A stretch of 64,000 nucleotides of DNA from Camelus dromedarius (Eukaryota), in assembly GCF_036321535.1 (NCBI RefSeq), contig NC_087437.1, positions 34,350,001 through 34,414,000 of the forward strand, read 5' to 3'. The notes beneath the pieces are model-generated. The model saw only the letters and a program-made list of their open reading frames with translations. It did no database searches and was not told the origin of the DNA. Each line of letters opens with the position of its first letter. Within the stretch, counting starts at the first letter, position 1. The translations under genes were made by a program, and so were the position numbers. This document shows, in pieces, positions 42,839-56,544 of this stretch.

Positions 42839-43035
42839 CAGTGGTTCTAAAAGTTTAATGTGTATTAGACTTACACTTTACACAATACAGGGGTTGTTAC
42901 AATAAATTGCTGGGCTCCACCCCACTCTCTCTGGTTTAGAAGGTCTACGGTGGGGCCAAAGTATTTGCATTCTATCTAACAAGTTCCCAGGTGGTGCTCA
43001 AGCTTCTGGGCCAGCGACCACACTTTGAGAACAAT
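42839..43035. mobile_element. MER5A-like MITE
   Basis: Termini cagtggttcta... and ...cacactttgagaaca; internal 'atttgcattc...taacaagttcccaggtg'. Confidence 0.75.
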
Positions 43036-43789
43036 TATCAACAAATGGCTAATTCTTATCTGTATCACCACCTACTTCTCCACGGCCCAGATCATTTTGA
43101 GCAAACCTTGACATCACATCATTTCATCACTAAATATTTCAGTATGTATTACTAAAAAATACTTGAAACCTAATCTTAATACTATTATTAAACCTAAAAA
43201 CAATTAACAATAATTCCCTATTATCAAAGTATCTAGTCACTGTTCAGATTTTTCCAATTGTCTTTTCTTCCTTCAGTTTGCTGGAATTAAGATGCAAATA
43301 AGGTACAATCATTATAATTGGTTGATAGGTTTCTCAGATTTCTTTGGATCTGTAAGTTCTGTTTTGCCATAAACTTTCAAAATATAAGCTTTCTAGTATA
43401 CTTAATTAAACAACTTAATACAAATCACTATTTGTACCTTCACAATACTGGTGAGGTTTTCTATTTTTTCCATAATTCCAAGCAATAAACTGCAGGTAAC
43501 ACAGGTTTCTTAGAACACAGAATATGAAAAAGTAAACAAAAATTACTCTTGGCTTGCTTAAGTAAAAATAATTTACAAAAAAATACAATATGCATAAACA
43601 AAAAAGAGAAGGAAAACAATAGAAAAAGTAGCTTTTAAAAAAAAGTTTATGGAACATAAATGCGATCTGTATTCACAATTTGTTAACCAACTAAAACCGA
43701 TGTTATTTTGAGCTATGAAGCACCACCATGTCATTGAACAAGAACATACAATCATTTGCTGTTATGCTTTTGAGAGACTTAGCAATATA

Positions 43790-44751
43790 CAGACATACTT
43801 TTATTGTGCTTCACTTTTTACACTTTGTAGATAATGCATTTTTTACAAATTGAAGGTCCGTGGCAACCCTGTGTCGAGCAAGCTTATTAAGCAACATTTT
43901 CCAACAGCATTTGTTCACCTCATATCTGTATCACATTTTGGTAATTCTAGCAATATTTCAAAATTTTTTTTTATTATTTGTTACAGTGACCTATGATCGG
44001 TGATCTTTTGTGTTACCATTGTAACATAAGATGTGGTAGAAATAGCAAGAGAACTAGAACTGGAAGAGAATTAGAACTGGAGCTTGAAGATGTGACTGAA
44101 TTACTACAACCTCATGACAGAAGTTTAACAAGTAAGCAGTTGCTTCTTATGGATGAGCAAAGAAGCTGTTTCTTGAGAAGGAATATACTCCTGGGGAAGA
44201 GTCTGTGAAGATTATAGAAATGACAACAAAGAATTCAGAATATGACATGAACTTAGTTGATAAAGCAGTGCCAGGGTTTGAGAGGACTGACTCCAATTTT
44301 GAAAGAAGTTCTACTGTGGGTAAAATGCTATCAAACAGCATTGCACGCTACAGAGAAATCATTCTTGAAAGGAAGGGTCACTCGCATCTTACTTTAAGAA
44401 ACTGCCACAGCCACCCCAACCTTCAGCAACCACCACCTTGATCAGTCAGCAGCCATCAACATCGAGGCCACACCATCTACCAGCACAAAGATTATGACTG
44501 CTGAAGGCACAGATGATGGTTAGCATTTTTTACCCACAAAATATTTTTTAATTAAAGTATGCACATTGTTTTTTTTAAAAAACATAATGCTATTACATAC
44601 TTAATAGATCACAGTATGCTGTCAACATAACTTTCATATGCACTGAGAAAACAACACATCCGTGCGACTCCCTTTTCTGTGATGTTTGCTTTATGACAGT
44701 AGCCTAAAGCCAAACCCGAATATTGCCCACAGTATCTCCGAGGTATGCTCA
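43790..44751 (+). mobile_element. Internally deleted Tigger1 (TcMar/pogo) DNA transposon
   Basis: TA|cagacatac...gaggtatgctca|TA termini. Frameshifted ORFs 43993..44208 and 44205..44441 carry Tigger1/TIGD1-type transposase C-terminal peptides ([56 protein letters not shown]). Confidence 0.92.
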
Positions 44752-45175
44752 TATTTTTGTCTAAAGGTGGGCTTAAAAAATTAAGAGGCTGGCCATTTTA
44801 GTTCTGGCTCTGGGCAAATATAACTAGCATCACCCCAAATATCCAGGACCTTGATGGTGTTCTATGGCAAGCCCAAAATTCTCCCCATCAGAAGCCATAT
44901 CCCTGGGAAATAGTATTCTATATCTCTATTTTCACGCTTTCATCCGAAATCTGCTCTCAGCTAGCCAAATTACTGAGAAAAGGACCTAATAAGAACAAGT
45001 TTAATGTGTTACTACCAAGATACTACTACATTTTAAGAAATAACAAGTTCAGAAAGCAAAGCAACAAAGCTAATAGGAGAAATTTTGTTATCATTAAGAA
45101 GGTGGTGAGAGCCTTCCCCAAACATTCCACCCACATAACTCAGTGCAAAATTGGTCCTGTACTGCAATTACAAAG

Positions 45176-45755
45176 ATAGTCTTCCATTATTGCTACAACA
45201 AATCAGCACAAATTTAGAGACTTAAAATAACCCAAATTTATTATCTTATAGTTCTAAAGGTTGTAAATCCAACATGGGTTTCACTAAGCTAAAATAAAGG
45301 TGTTTTTGGCAAGGCTGCATTCCTTTTTGGAGGCTCTGGGGGAGGATCCATTTCCTTGATCACTCAGGATGTTAGCAGAATTCACTTTCTGACAGTCACA
45401 GGACTGAGGCTCCTATTTCCATGCTGGCCATTCGTAGCTTCTAGAGGCCACCTGCATTACTTGGCTGTGGTCCCCTTTCCCCATCTTTAAAGCCAGAAAC
45501 AGCATGTTGAGTTGCTTTTACTTTGAATGTCTCCTCCTCCTTCATCCTCCAATCCAGGTTGGTAAGATTCTCTGCTTTAAGGACTCATGTGATTAGTTTG
45601 GGCCAAACTGGATAATCCAAGATGGTCTTACCATCTAAAGGTCCATTCCTTAATCACATCTGCAAAGTCTCTTTTGCCATTTAAAGTAACATATTCACAG
45701 GTTCTGAGGATTAGGACATGGGTATCTTTGGGGGCCCACTACTTGACCTACAACA
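45176..45755 (-). mobile_element. MaLR solo LTR (MLT1-like)
   Basis: 'aatttattatcttatagttct', 'taatcacatctgcaaagtc...gtaacatattcacaggttctgaggattaggacatgggtatctttggggg'. Confidence 0.85.
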
Positions 45756-46800
45756 AAATCATAGCAGTCAATTTTGGGATTTTAAAAGCTTATTCCCTTT
45801 TTTTCCTAAAGATTCAGATATAAGCATAAACACACAAAACAATACTTTTACCACTTCTAAAAAGTAGGTTGGGGTTTGTGGTTTGGGCTTTCAAAAGGCT
45901 TATTCACAAAAAATTAAACAATAATTTGACAATGTTGTCACCAAGTGGTCTTGGATCTTGGGATCATTCATTTTGTACTGAATTATCAAGGATATAAAAT
46001 TTTTGTTTTAAATTTTGAACAAGTTGATTTTAGAAAGAAAAAAGAATCAAAAGGGGTTTATGACATCAAGCCAAATATGCATTTAATATTCTACCATGTG
46101 AACTGTACAAAAAGCATTGAGATTATATTAAAAGAAAGCTATCATCTTTTCATGAATATTTCCTAATTGTATGAAAAATTAGACTATGAGACAGAGCCCT
46201 CCTCAGAGAAAATATGGACAATCATAGAACACTGAGGGGAAAGTCCTTAAGGAGCAATTTTAAATTGTCAAATCTATAGCCCCTAACAGAAGATACTGCA
46301 AATAATTAGATAGGGACTACTGGTCTGAAAAAAATCTGCAGAATTCTTAAAAAGAAGGAAGAGTGAGTTAGAGAAAGGCAATTTAACTAAAGACAGTGAA
46401 ATAAAAGGAAATAACATCTTTTCTTAAATCAAAATAAAATCTTTTACATGATTGGGATCTCTGGCAATGACTAATCTGAAGGTGTGAATACTGAAGTTTG
46501 ATTTATGAGGTATTTATAAGTAAAAATATAGAATAGATTTTAGAAGAGGAAACCATCACTTCTCCCCCACATAGAGGGTGGAGGAACAATGACACACTGT
46601 GTGCAAGGAGTCATAGCTGGAATGGCCCACGTATAACAGGAGCTTCTGCGTGATTTTCGCATCTGCACATCTAAAGAACATTTGTCAAACAGAAGTAAAA
46701 TTCTGTGCTTCTAGACAGAGAATTAAATTTAGATTTTTAAGTACCAAAATCAGAAAGAAATCAGAAAGAAGCAAATTCAAATTTGTGCTTCTTGATGAAA

Positions 46801-46824
46801 ACACACACACACACACACACACAC
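46801..46824. repeat. (AC)n microsatellite
   Basis: 12 AC units read directly. Confidence 0.95.
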
Positions 46825-47779
46825 GATCTGTTAGTCATTTAAAAAAAGGCTTTTTAATGTTTTTAAGTTATTCCACCAGGGAGGAAGTTTACTTTAATCA
46901 AGTTTAGCCTCATCAAATATAAGTATAAAAATATCTGAAAATTTACCATGATTCTATTTGTTATTTATTCTCCCACAATATTGTAAGCTTTGTCATTAAA
47001 TGTGTTATTTCATTATCTGTTTACATATCAGTACTCTGAAAAGAGGGTGAGCTACAGGTATGGTTGTTATTTGAACAGCCAGAGCATCACACAGAACCTA
47101 ACACATATGAATATCTGTTGAATGGATGAATGAATATACGAATGAATGAATCAGTCTGTGCCCTTAGGCAAGTCTTCCTTCCCAGAGCTAAACCATGACT
47201 TCAACCAAATATGACTTAAAAAAAAAAATCCACATGAACAAATTAAAAGCCAAAGGTTTACAAATTTTAAAACAGGCGTCTCAAAAACATCAACCAAACT
47301 GACTAACTGGATCAATACTAGTAAAACTAGTCAAAATGCTATAATGTATGTTATTGTTACATCAATTGAGTTAGTTAATGTAAGTCATTCAAAACCAAGA
47401 TAATATATTTTGTCTGTACAATGATCCATTAAAATGCAACATTTATGGAAAACCTACTATATGTTAGGCGTTGGTTTTAAAAAAACAAAGTAAATTCTGT
47501 AAGAGACAGAACTCTGATTTTGTACTGCTTGCCAAGTTTCTCAATGCTGGACAACAAGGTCTTATACTGTAAAGGAAGCTTAGTTCTCTTACTTTATGGT
47601 TTATACTTTACGGCGTTATGGTTTCCAGCAAAGTTAGTTTTATAGCAAATCTGAAAACACAGTTCTAATTTTCATTATAAAGGCAGAAATGTACTCATCT
47701 AGGAAGAAAAACTCTCAGAGGATTAAACTGAAAACTTTTGGCAAATTATGCTAAGGCGGCTCTGAAACACAAATGGCAA

Positions 47780-48316
47780 ACTACTGGGTTGGCTGCCTCC
47801 CTCCTCCATTTTCTAGGACCTGGCCCTCTCCAGCAATCCCTAAGACTACTACTGCATTAGGGTCCCGATGGCCATGTTCATATAACACGCCTCGACCTGC
47901 CTGGACATATCTCAGTAGACCAGGCGTGAGTACCCAGCCTAGGCTGGGCCAGTGACCCTTCCCTGGGGGTGTTTAAAACTAAGACTAAGATTCTTATCTC
48001 AGTCTGGCTACTTGAACAGAGGAGGTGTACCCTTGAGAGCTATTAACACTGATCACTTTCCAGCAGGTAAAGCAGGGCCGAGGGAGGGGGTGAGGGAGAG
48101 TCAGTTTGCTGGGAAAGGAAAAAAAAAAAAGAGTGATATACAGAGAAAAGCAGAGGCAAAAGGCACAAAGGGACTACTTTCTGTGTTTTCTTAGCACTCC
48201 AGTTTCTGGTTACTGAGGCCTAGCTATATCCTTGTCCTGGCTTCTGGAAGATAACCCTATAACCTTATAGCCAATCTCTCTTTTTTGCTTAATGGTTTCT
48301 GCTACTTGCATCCAAT
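47780..48316 (+). mobile_element. Old MaLR LTR (MLT1J/K/L-like)
   Basis: Ends 'ttttttgcttaatggtttctgctacttgcatccaa'; internal 'gctgggccagtga..cttccctggg'. Subfamily uncertain. Confidence 0.55.
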
Positions 48317-49442
48317 TATAATAAAATTTAGAATAAGTTTGAAGTTATAGGATCAGCCACACTTCTCTAGCACTGCTTGAGTTTTTCCCACTTTTGGCAT
48401 ATCATGTACAGTGCTACTTCTTCCTATAGAAACCTTGTATTAAAATACAAATGCAATTAAAAAAATGCAGGTATGTATTAAAAAACAAATACCACACTAA
48501 TACTACTCAGGAGAGGAAGCAAGCAGTATGCCTAGTGCCCATGGAGAAGGCATCATGGAGCTGTGGAGCTGCAAGGAGAGACGTGGCACCTAGCCCAGCC
48601 CTTCTATCAGCAGATGAAGAACCTGAAGGCCCAGGAGAGGCCTTTAACTTTGTAAATTCACCACCGAGTCTTGACTCCAAGGCTTTGAGAACATACCAAT
48701 ACTACTCCTACATTCAAATAAAATAAAATAAGCAATCATACTAGGTAGCACAGCACAGAGAACAACTGAGAATGAGTCTTTACATGTGCTGACCTGTTAA
48801 AGGATATTACATCCCTTTGGGGAGAATACCATTTTTCCCCCTGTATTCTGTCAAATTGCTTAGGCATAGAGGTTATTTCCCAATAGGGAAATAGCTATTC
48901 AAACTAAAAAACATGACTTGACTGTATCAACTTTTAAAAATACCTCCCAAATGTCAACTTCACCCTTCTTTTTACTATTTCTATATAAATACAGTAGAGT
49001 AAAAGGATTCTCAAAAGCATATGTCTTTAGCCAAGCTGGATTAATTCAACTCATAAAACTGTGTGTTCACACATTAAGTTTAAGTAGAAAATAAAATAGA
49101 TACAAACTTTCTTATTTTTCTTTAAGGCACACTAACAATTTTTAAGATCAATATTCTCTCTAATATACCAGGAATTAGCAAATTGCAGGCTGTCTTAAAT
49201 TACATGAGTTGACAATGAAAAGTTACATATAGCAATAACCAGTTACTGCAGACAATGAATCACTGTAATTATTTCAACTGAATGGAAGAACGAATGAATG
49301 GAGGGAAGTCTTTTTATCATAATAACTAACTAAATATTCAAGAACAGAGAAAATAAAAAAAAGTTCTCTCTTATATAAGCAATAGCACCACCTGCTGATA
49401 AATAAAAGCAACAACATCAGTTAATATAAAATCTGGCCAAAG

Positions 49443-49749
49443 GAAGCTACCAGGATATATTATAAAACATAGGGAACAAGATCTTATGGTAGCTCACAGA
49501 GAAAAAAATGTGACAATGAATATATATACGTTCATGTACAACTGAAAAAGTGTGCCCTATGCTGGAATTTGACACAACATTGTAAAATGATTATAAATCA
49601 ATAAAAAATGTTAAAAAAAAAAAAAACATAGGGAATATAGTCAATGTTTTATAGCAACTATAAATGGAGTATAACCTTTAAAAATTGTGAGTCACTATAC
49701 TGTACACCTGTGACATATAATATTGTACATCAGGTATACTATAATAAAA
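49443..49749 (+). mobile_element. Two nested short L1 3'-end insertions
   Basis: Outer TSD aaaatctggccaaag (49428-49442 and 49750-49764); inner TSD aaaacatagggaa (49464-49476 and 49623-49635). Confidence 0.88.
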
Positions 49750-51387
49750 AAAATCTGGCCAAAGATACCTTATATAGTCACAACTTTTCCCTTGAATTCT
49801 GTTCCACTTAATGTAATAGAATGAAATTCATTAATATATTCTGTATATTTATTTACAATAACTATGTTAATTTAAAATTTTTTACCTTATGTATCTGAAT
49901 CATACATTTCTTAAAAATCCAAGGTAAAAATAAAATTTATTATAGGACCTAGGGAAAAATTATGGTACTATAGTTTTTCTTTATTCCATAAGTAATTTAC
50001 TTGAACTATAATTTACTGTTTTAACAACTCATTAATGTATATTTAGGTTGTGTCTGATATTCCCTGACCAGTTTACCTAAAATAACGTCATCTCCCTTAC
50101 CTAGCTTTTTTTAATAGCAATTATTACTACTTAATATATCATATATTCATTTTGTTTATTTGTCTGTTTGTTTGTTTATAGTCTTTCATCTACTGCAATG
50201 AAAACTGTTAAGAGCAGGGAACTTACTTTGTTTACCGCTGTTTATTTAACACCTAGGGCAAATGCCTAGCACATAACAGACTCAATAAATATTTGCAAAG
50301 GAATTAATGAATATGAAAATAAATGAACAAATGAATATGCATTTTTAAACTTCCTTGAAACTATAATAGCTGTGTCAAAGATTTCAAGGATCTTGACAGA
50401 TTTTGCCAAAGTATACTTGAGAAGAGCTGTACCAACTAATATTCCCTTTAATGCTTTATGAGGCCATTTCCCATTTTCTGATGAGTGGGAAATGGCATTA
50501 TACTGTTATGTTTATTTGCGTGAAACCCATTATTGAAGATACTGAATATATGCTCTCCTACAACTGGGTCTTTTTACTAAATAACTTACCATAGACAGCT
50601 TTCCAGGTTATTAAACATAATCCCTCTTTCCCGTTTTTCATGAGTTGAGGGCACTCCATTTTAGGTATATAGAATAATAACCCAATCAGCCTTCTACTTG
50701 TATACACAATTTATTTCTGATTTTCACTATTATAATACTGTGATGAAATTGTTATACATTTATCTTTGTGTACTTGTCCAATGATCTCTTTAGAGTAAAT
50801 TCCTAGACGTGAGATTACTAGGACAAGGCAGATGTATATCTGACATCTGGATATGCATTATCAAGCCATGCTTTAAAAAGGTTGAATCAGCCCACATTCC
50901 CACCAACAGTGTGTAAATGGGGGAGCTCATTTCCTCCTCAAGTGAATCTAAGGTTTTTAAGTCATTATCAATCTTTTCAAACAATAAAGTAAAATACATC
51001 ATTATTTCTTTATTTTATATTTATTCCTTAGTTAAATTGAATATCCTTTCATATTTCTAATTGACCACTTGAATGTGTTCTGTTAACTGACTATTCATGT
51101 CATTTTGTTATTTTCCTAGACAATTTCTTAATTGGTAAATCTCAAACAGGTAGCTCTCTCGCTTTACTGAAACTTGAGAATCACTGCAGTCGTCAGTATA
51201 GCTCTCAAATGTGCAGACCTGATTTTTAAAAACTCATAATCAATTATTTAAAATAAATTTTGATATATAAAGAAGGATCATGGCAGAACAGCTGCTATCA
51301 GATCAGCCTTCTCACAAATAACACCTATTCACTTCAGACAAAATACAACACTACCTGAAGACTGAAGAGCAATCAAAGGCAGGCAGA

Positions 51388-51993
51388 TAGCCATTTTGGA
51401 AAAATGGCAATTCCTCAAAAAGTTAGATTACTATTTAACCCAGTAAGTGCACTCCTAAGAATACACCCAAGAGAAATGAAAGCGTATGTCCACACAAAAA
51501 CTTAAAAACATTCATAACAGCTTTACTCAAAATAACCAAAATTTGAAACAACTCTAATGACTACCAACTGATGAATGGATAAACAAAATGTGTTATACTC
51601 ATAAAATAGAATATTGTTTGTCCATAAAAAGGAATGAAGTACTGATATATGATACAACTTGAATGAATCTTGAAAACATTTATGCTAAGTGGAAGAAGAT
51701 AGTCACAAAAGGCCACATAATGTATTATGCCATTTATATGAAATGGCCAGAATTGACAAATCCACAGAAAAAGAAAGTAAATTAGTGGTTGCCAGAGGCT
51801 GGAAGTACAGTAGGGAGAAATAGAGACTGACAGTAAAAGAATATGTAATTCCTTTTAGAAAGAAAGAAAATGTTCAGAGTGTGGTGGTGACTGCATAACC
51901 CTATGAATTACTGAAAAAATAGTAAACTGTACATTTTAAACGGATAAAATGTATAGCATGTGAATTATATCTCAATAAAGCTGCTTTAAAAAA
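51388..51993 (+). mobile_element. L1MB-like 3' fragment inserted in an older L1
   Basis: 'caactgatgaatggataaacaaaatgtg' ... 'tgtgaattatatctcaataaagctg'; TSD core gcaggcaga at 51379-51387 and 51994-52002. Confidence 0.85.
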
Positions 51994-52956
51994 GCAGGCA
52001 GAAACTTGAGGGGAGTCAATAGTTGAAAGGGAACAGTATTTAGTGAATTTCTTTTTTTTTTTTAACAACCTTTTACCTGAGAGCAGGCCCTCCTTGGTAC
52101 CAAGCATGATGGCTAAATGTCAGATAGAAAGCTACTGTCACTGGTAGAGGAATCAGAGGACAAAGTTCAAGGTGACCAGAAGAGCTAGAAATTGAGAGGA
52201 AAATTCTAGAAAGAAAAAAAATCATAGAGAATTCATCTTCCCACCACAGAAGAGACAGAACCTGAAGTTTAAGTTCAGCCAAGTTACTTCCCTGTTAACA
52301 CATACAGAAAAATCATTACTCTTTAGAGAAACATAACAGAATCCAGAGTCTCTACCAAGTACTGTTCACAATGTTCAAAATACAATTCAAAATCACTAGT
52401 TATACAAAGACACAACAAAAATGCCACAAGAGAAAAGGCAATGATGACAAGATGCTAGAATTAGCAATGATTTTTAAGCAGCTATTATAACCAAGGCCTT
52501 AGTGAAAAATATGTTTTGAATATATAACAAAGAAAATCCCAGGAGAAAAATAAGAACTACAAAAACAACCAAATAGAAATTCTAGAATTGAAAAATATAA
52601 TATCTGAAATTAAAATTCACTGAATAGGCTTATGGGAAGTTTGGAAATGACTAATGAAAGAATTAGTAAACTTGAAGATAGATCAACAAAAATTATCCAT
52701 TTAGAAATCTGAGGGAGACAAAAGATTGAAGAAATATGAATAGAGCCTTGACCTGTGGGACAGTATCAAAGGTCTAAAAAATTTGCAATTGGACTTCCAG
52801 CAGGGAATAGAGAATGGAGAAGAAAAAGATTATTTGAAAAAATAATGGCCAAAATTTCCATAAGTTTGCTGAAGTCATAAATTTACATACTCAAGAAGCA
52901 TAGAGAACTTCAAACAAGACAAATACAAAGAAAGTCAGAGTTTGATAGTTGGAAGC

Positions 52957-53244
52957 CAAACTGTTGGAAAGCCAAAGACAAAGAGAAAATCTGTAAAGCT
53001 GTCACTGGTAAAGGCCACTCTACATTCAGGAGAGCAATGATACCAATAGTCCCTTATTTCTCATCAAAAACAATAAAGACCAAAAGAGAGTGAAACAATA
53101 TCAAACTGTTGGAAGCCAAAGACAAAGAGAAAATCTGTAAAGCTGTCACTGGTAAAGGCCACTCTACATTCAGGAGAGCAATGATACCAATAGTCCCTTA
53201 TTTCTCATCAAAAACAATAAAGACCAAAAGAGAGTGAAACAATA
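52957..53244 (+). repeat. Direct tandem duplication of ~144 bp (copies 52957-53100 and 53102-53244)
   Basis: The two copies read identically apart from one A indel (ggaaagcc vs ggaagcc). Confidence 0.95.
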
Positions 53245-53263
53245 ACTTTAAAGGGCTGAAAGA

Positions 53264-53355
53264 GGTGGAGAGGGTATAGCTCAGTGGGAGAGTGCATGTT
53301 TAGCATGCATGAGGCCCTGGGTTCAATTCCCAGTATCTCCATCAAAATAAATAAC
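53264..53355 (+). mobile_element. tRNA-derived SINE (Vic-1-like)
   Basis: 'gagggtatagctcagtgggagagtgcatgtttagcatgcatgaggccctgggttcaattcccagtatctccat'; degenerate TSD aaagggctgaaa / aaagtgttgaaa. Confidence 0.88.
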
Positions 53356-56300
53356 AAAGTGTTGAAAAAAAGAAAGGAAAAAAGGTCTGTCAACCCAGAA
53401 TGGTAAATACACTGAAGAGAAAAATAAAAACATTTTCAGATAAACAAAAAGAAAGAAAATTCATTACTAGCAATTGTATACTATGAGATATGCTTAAAGT
53501 AAGATTTTAGGCTGAAGGAAAATTGTATCGAATGGAAATTAGGATCTTCTTGGAGAAATGAAGAGCACGAGAAATGCTAAACATGTAGATAAATATAAAG
53601 ACTATCTTCTTTCTCTTAGTTTCTTTAAAATGAATATGACTTTTTAAAGCAAAAATTGTAACATACAGTGATAGATGTAATACAACTACAGAGGTGGGGA
53701 AATGGAATTACATGGATGCAAGGTTCTCATATTTTACATGAAATGGTATTATATTAACTCCAAGTAGTATGTGAGATAAAATAAGCACCAAGTAATGCTC
53801 ATTCTCTGGTCAAGGGGCCAGAGAAGGGTTGCAGTGCAGGACAGAATCCTTTTGCCATAAGGACCCTACTCCAGGAATACACCATGAAAGAAACTATCGC
53901 ACTCTCCCTACCGGGCACTGTGTGCCATGGAGATAGTAGGATGGAGCCCTGTGGAACATTTCAACTCTGCACTCAAGTGAGCAGAGGCAGCATCTTCTCT
54001 CTACCCCCAAATCCCTAGCAGTGCTGTAGACAGTGGGAGATAGAGCCTGTCAGATCACTCCAGCCCTGTAATACCAAAGCAGTGGCCCTCCCTAATGACC
54101 GCTGTGAAGACTATGGAGTGGGGCCTCATCTACCATCCCCAGTTTGCACTAATGACAGCAAAAAGGCAGAACCCAACCCCCCTCAACAAGAGTTGGGGTA
54201 GGATTACAGACAGGAGGGAGTCAGTCTAGTTATAAACATGCATAGTAAGAAATACATTCAAATCAAAACCTATTTAACAGCCTCCAACCATTTGATCTTT
54301 TTCCTCCCCACTAGAAATATTTCTTGAAAAACATTAAAAGAAAATGTTTACAAAAATCACATTTTTCTAGGCTTATTATTTCACAGACAATCTGAAAGCT
54401 TCTAGCAACATCATTCTTTAAGGCTTGTATTATAAAATTACCATCCAGTTTCTGTCTGGTTGCAGGTGGAGGAGGACCAGGGGCTCAACCTCCTTATCTC
54501 TTTTCTACCCCATAGTAACCCCTAACAGGGCTCCACATAAAATAACTAGATTTTAAAATAGGAAAATCAAGACTCTATCAGGTGGCAAACACAGATGTGG
54601 TCTGAGAATATCTTTTCTGTATTATTTCCTGGTACCATCCCATGCAAAACCTTTTTGACACTGCACAAAAAGCACCATACTTTCTTTGATACACATGAGG
54701 TTCCTTTTGCCTACATCTCTCTTCCCCCAACTTGTCTCCTTGGAGAACTACAAATGTCAAGCCTCAGCTCTCCAGTCAATGTCCTACAGGCAGAGTTAGG
54801 CTCTGCCACGCCTTTACTGGGCTTGCACAAAACAACCTCTTGTATAGCATTTCCATAGTCTTACAGTCTGATTCTCTGCTAGACTGCTAACAACTTGAGT
54901 GAAAATCTTAATAGCTTTCCATCCCCAGTTTCTAAAATACTCTCTGATGAATAGTATATATTTGATGCCTACTGAATAAAAGAAAATATATTTAAAATGT
55001 TAATCTCAGGTCCTAAAAAATTATTACAATGTAGTCAGTATGTTCAGTTGAACAAGGTAAAAGCAAAATCCTTCTAGAAAGTTTACTTTTCCAGAATAGT
55101 TAACATTCTAAAAATAGGTTTGGTGTTTAAGTAAATCTTTAATTCAGTTATTCAGATCAATTCAATGCTGCATGTTTTTAAAATTTTTAAATACTTTCAT
55201 CAAAATGACAAATTAAAATTATTATGCTTAAATTGACTTATTAGTGAATTATTGAGTATCTACCATGTTGTACAGGTAATAGAGGATCATTAAGCTATGG
55301 GATCTTATAAACTATCTATGGAGTCAAAAATAATATACATAAAACGAAAATGGACAATAAAAGAGCATAATACACTGTAAAAATGAGAGTATATATTCTA
55401 TAGGCTTAGAATCTTTGATAGAAAATCAGATGAAAATGAGGTGATCTAACTTAACATCTGATGTTATAACTAAGAAAAGAGATCTAGGTGGGAGGAAGCT
55501 AGAAAAATAGACAAATAAACTTTGGATTATCTATGGAAGGTATCATGAAAGGAAGTCAAATATGAGACGGGCCTTAAAGAATAGGAAGAATTCATTAAGC
55601 ATAAGAGGTGAAAGCATCCCATGAAAAGAGAAGATGAGTGAGGACATTAGTGAGGGGCACAGAAGACTCTTGAGTCTGATTTGAGCACACACACTAATTA
55701 GGGAGTTGTGGGGAGAAAAGACAACAGATTTTATGGCACCAGGTTTCAGAGAGCTTCAAAATCAGGCAGAGGACTTTATCTTTCATAAGACAGAAAACAA
55801 GTAACAAGAAAACTTAATAGGTCGTTTATAAAGCTCTAAAAATTCTAAATTAACCGTCTCCTTTTGCACTTTAGGAAAATAAGCCAAAAACAATTATGTG
55901 ATTTCTTCATAGTAAAGAATAGTATGGCATAGTCCCACTCATGTAATGCTGTTGCCTCTGGAGCACTCTGAAGAAAAAATTCATTCTTCAAGTACAATGG
56001 GTAAATGCTGTTGAGCTTGGCTGTTTGCCTAAACTCTAAACATAATTTGTATAGAGGGCATATTCTCTTGTGAGGGCAAAGTGTCGCACACATTCAAATA
56101 TGAATTCTTGACAAAAACCAAAGTCCTTTGATTTTAAAATGACCATTTAAAAAATTTACTATCAATTTCTTACCAAAAATATGCAACCAAAATTTTTGTA
56201 TGAAACATACTGACAGTTAAAAAAAAATTTCAAAACTGAACTCTCTATATTGACTGGGCATAAATTTTAATACTTACTTCACCATCTTTCACAATCATGC

Positions 56301-56544
56301 TTAAAATAAGTATTTCCAGAGAGACAAATAGTAGAGAACATACCCATTTTTCAAACTGAACTTAAAAGAGTTTGCATGGTCCCATAAATCTGGAATTGAT
56401 TGAACCAGTATATTAAGAAGACAAATCAGAAAGATGCGGTCAAATGCATCACTGAAAATGTTTTTTAAAGATTGAGAGCCAGGTGTGTTGTGCATTACCA
56501 CATTTATGACAGCACATGTGTGACTGCTCACCACCATAACTTAC

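Larger units (their letters stand above)
52003..53770 (+). mobile_element. Old L1 5'/ORF1 region (decayed); host of a tandem duplication and a SINE
   Basis: ORF1-like motifs: 'gaaagaattagtaaacttgaagatagatcaa', 'acctgtgggacagtatcaaa', 'gaaaaaataatggccaaaatttcca', 'ccaaagacaaagagaaaatct'. Confidence 0.8.

Noticed and set aside
43993..44441. ORFs resembling the domesticated gene TIGD1
   Set aside because: Frameshifted C-terminal fragments inside an internally deleted Tigger1 with terminal repeats; no intact gene.
47933..47948. Perfect 16-bp palindrome cccagcctaggctggg
   Set aside because: Lies within a decayed MaLR-like LTR and is isolated; no supporting context.
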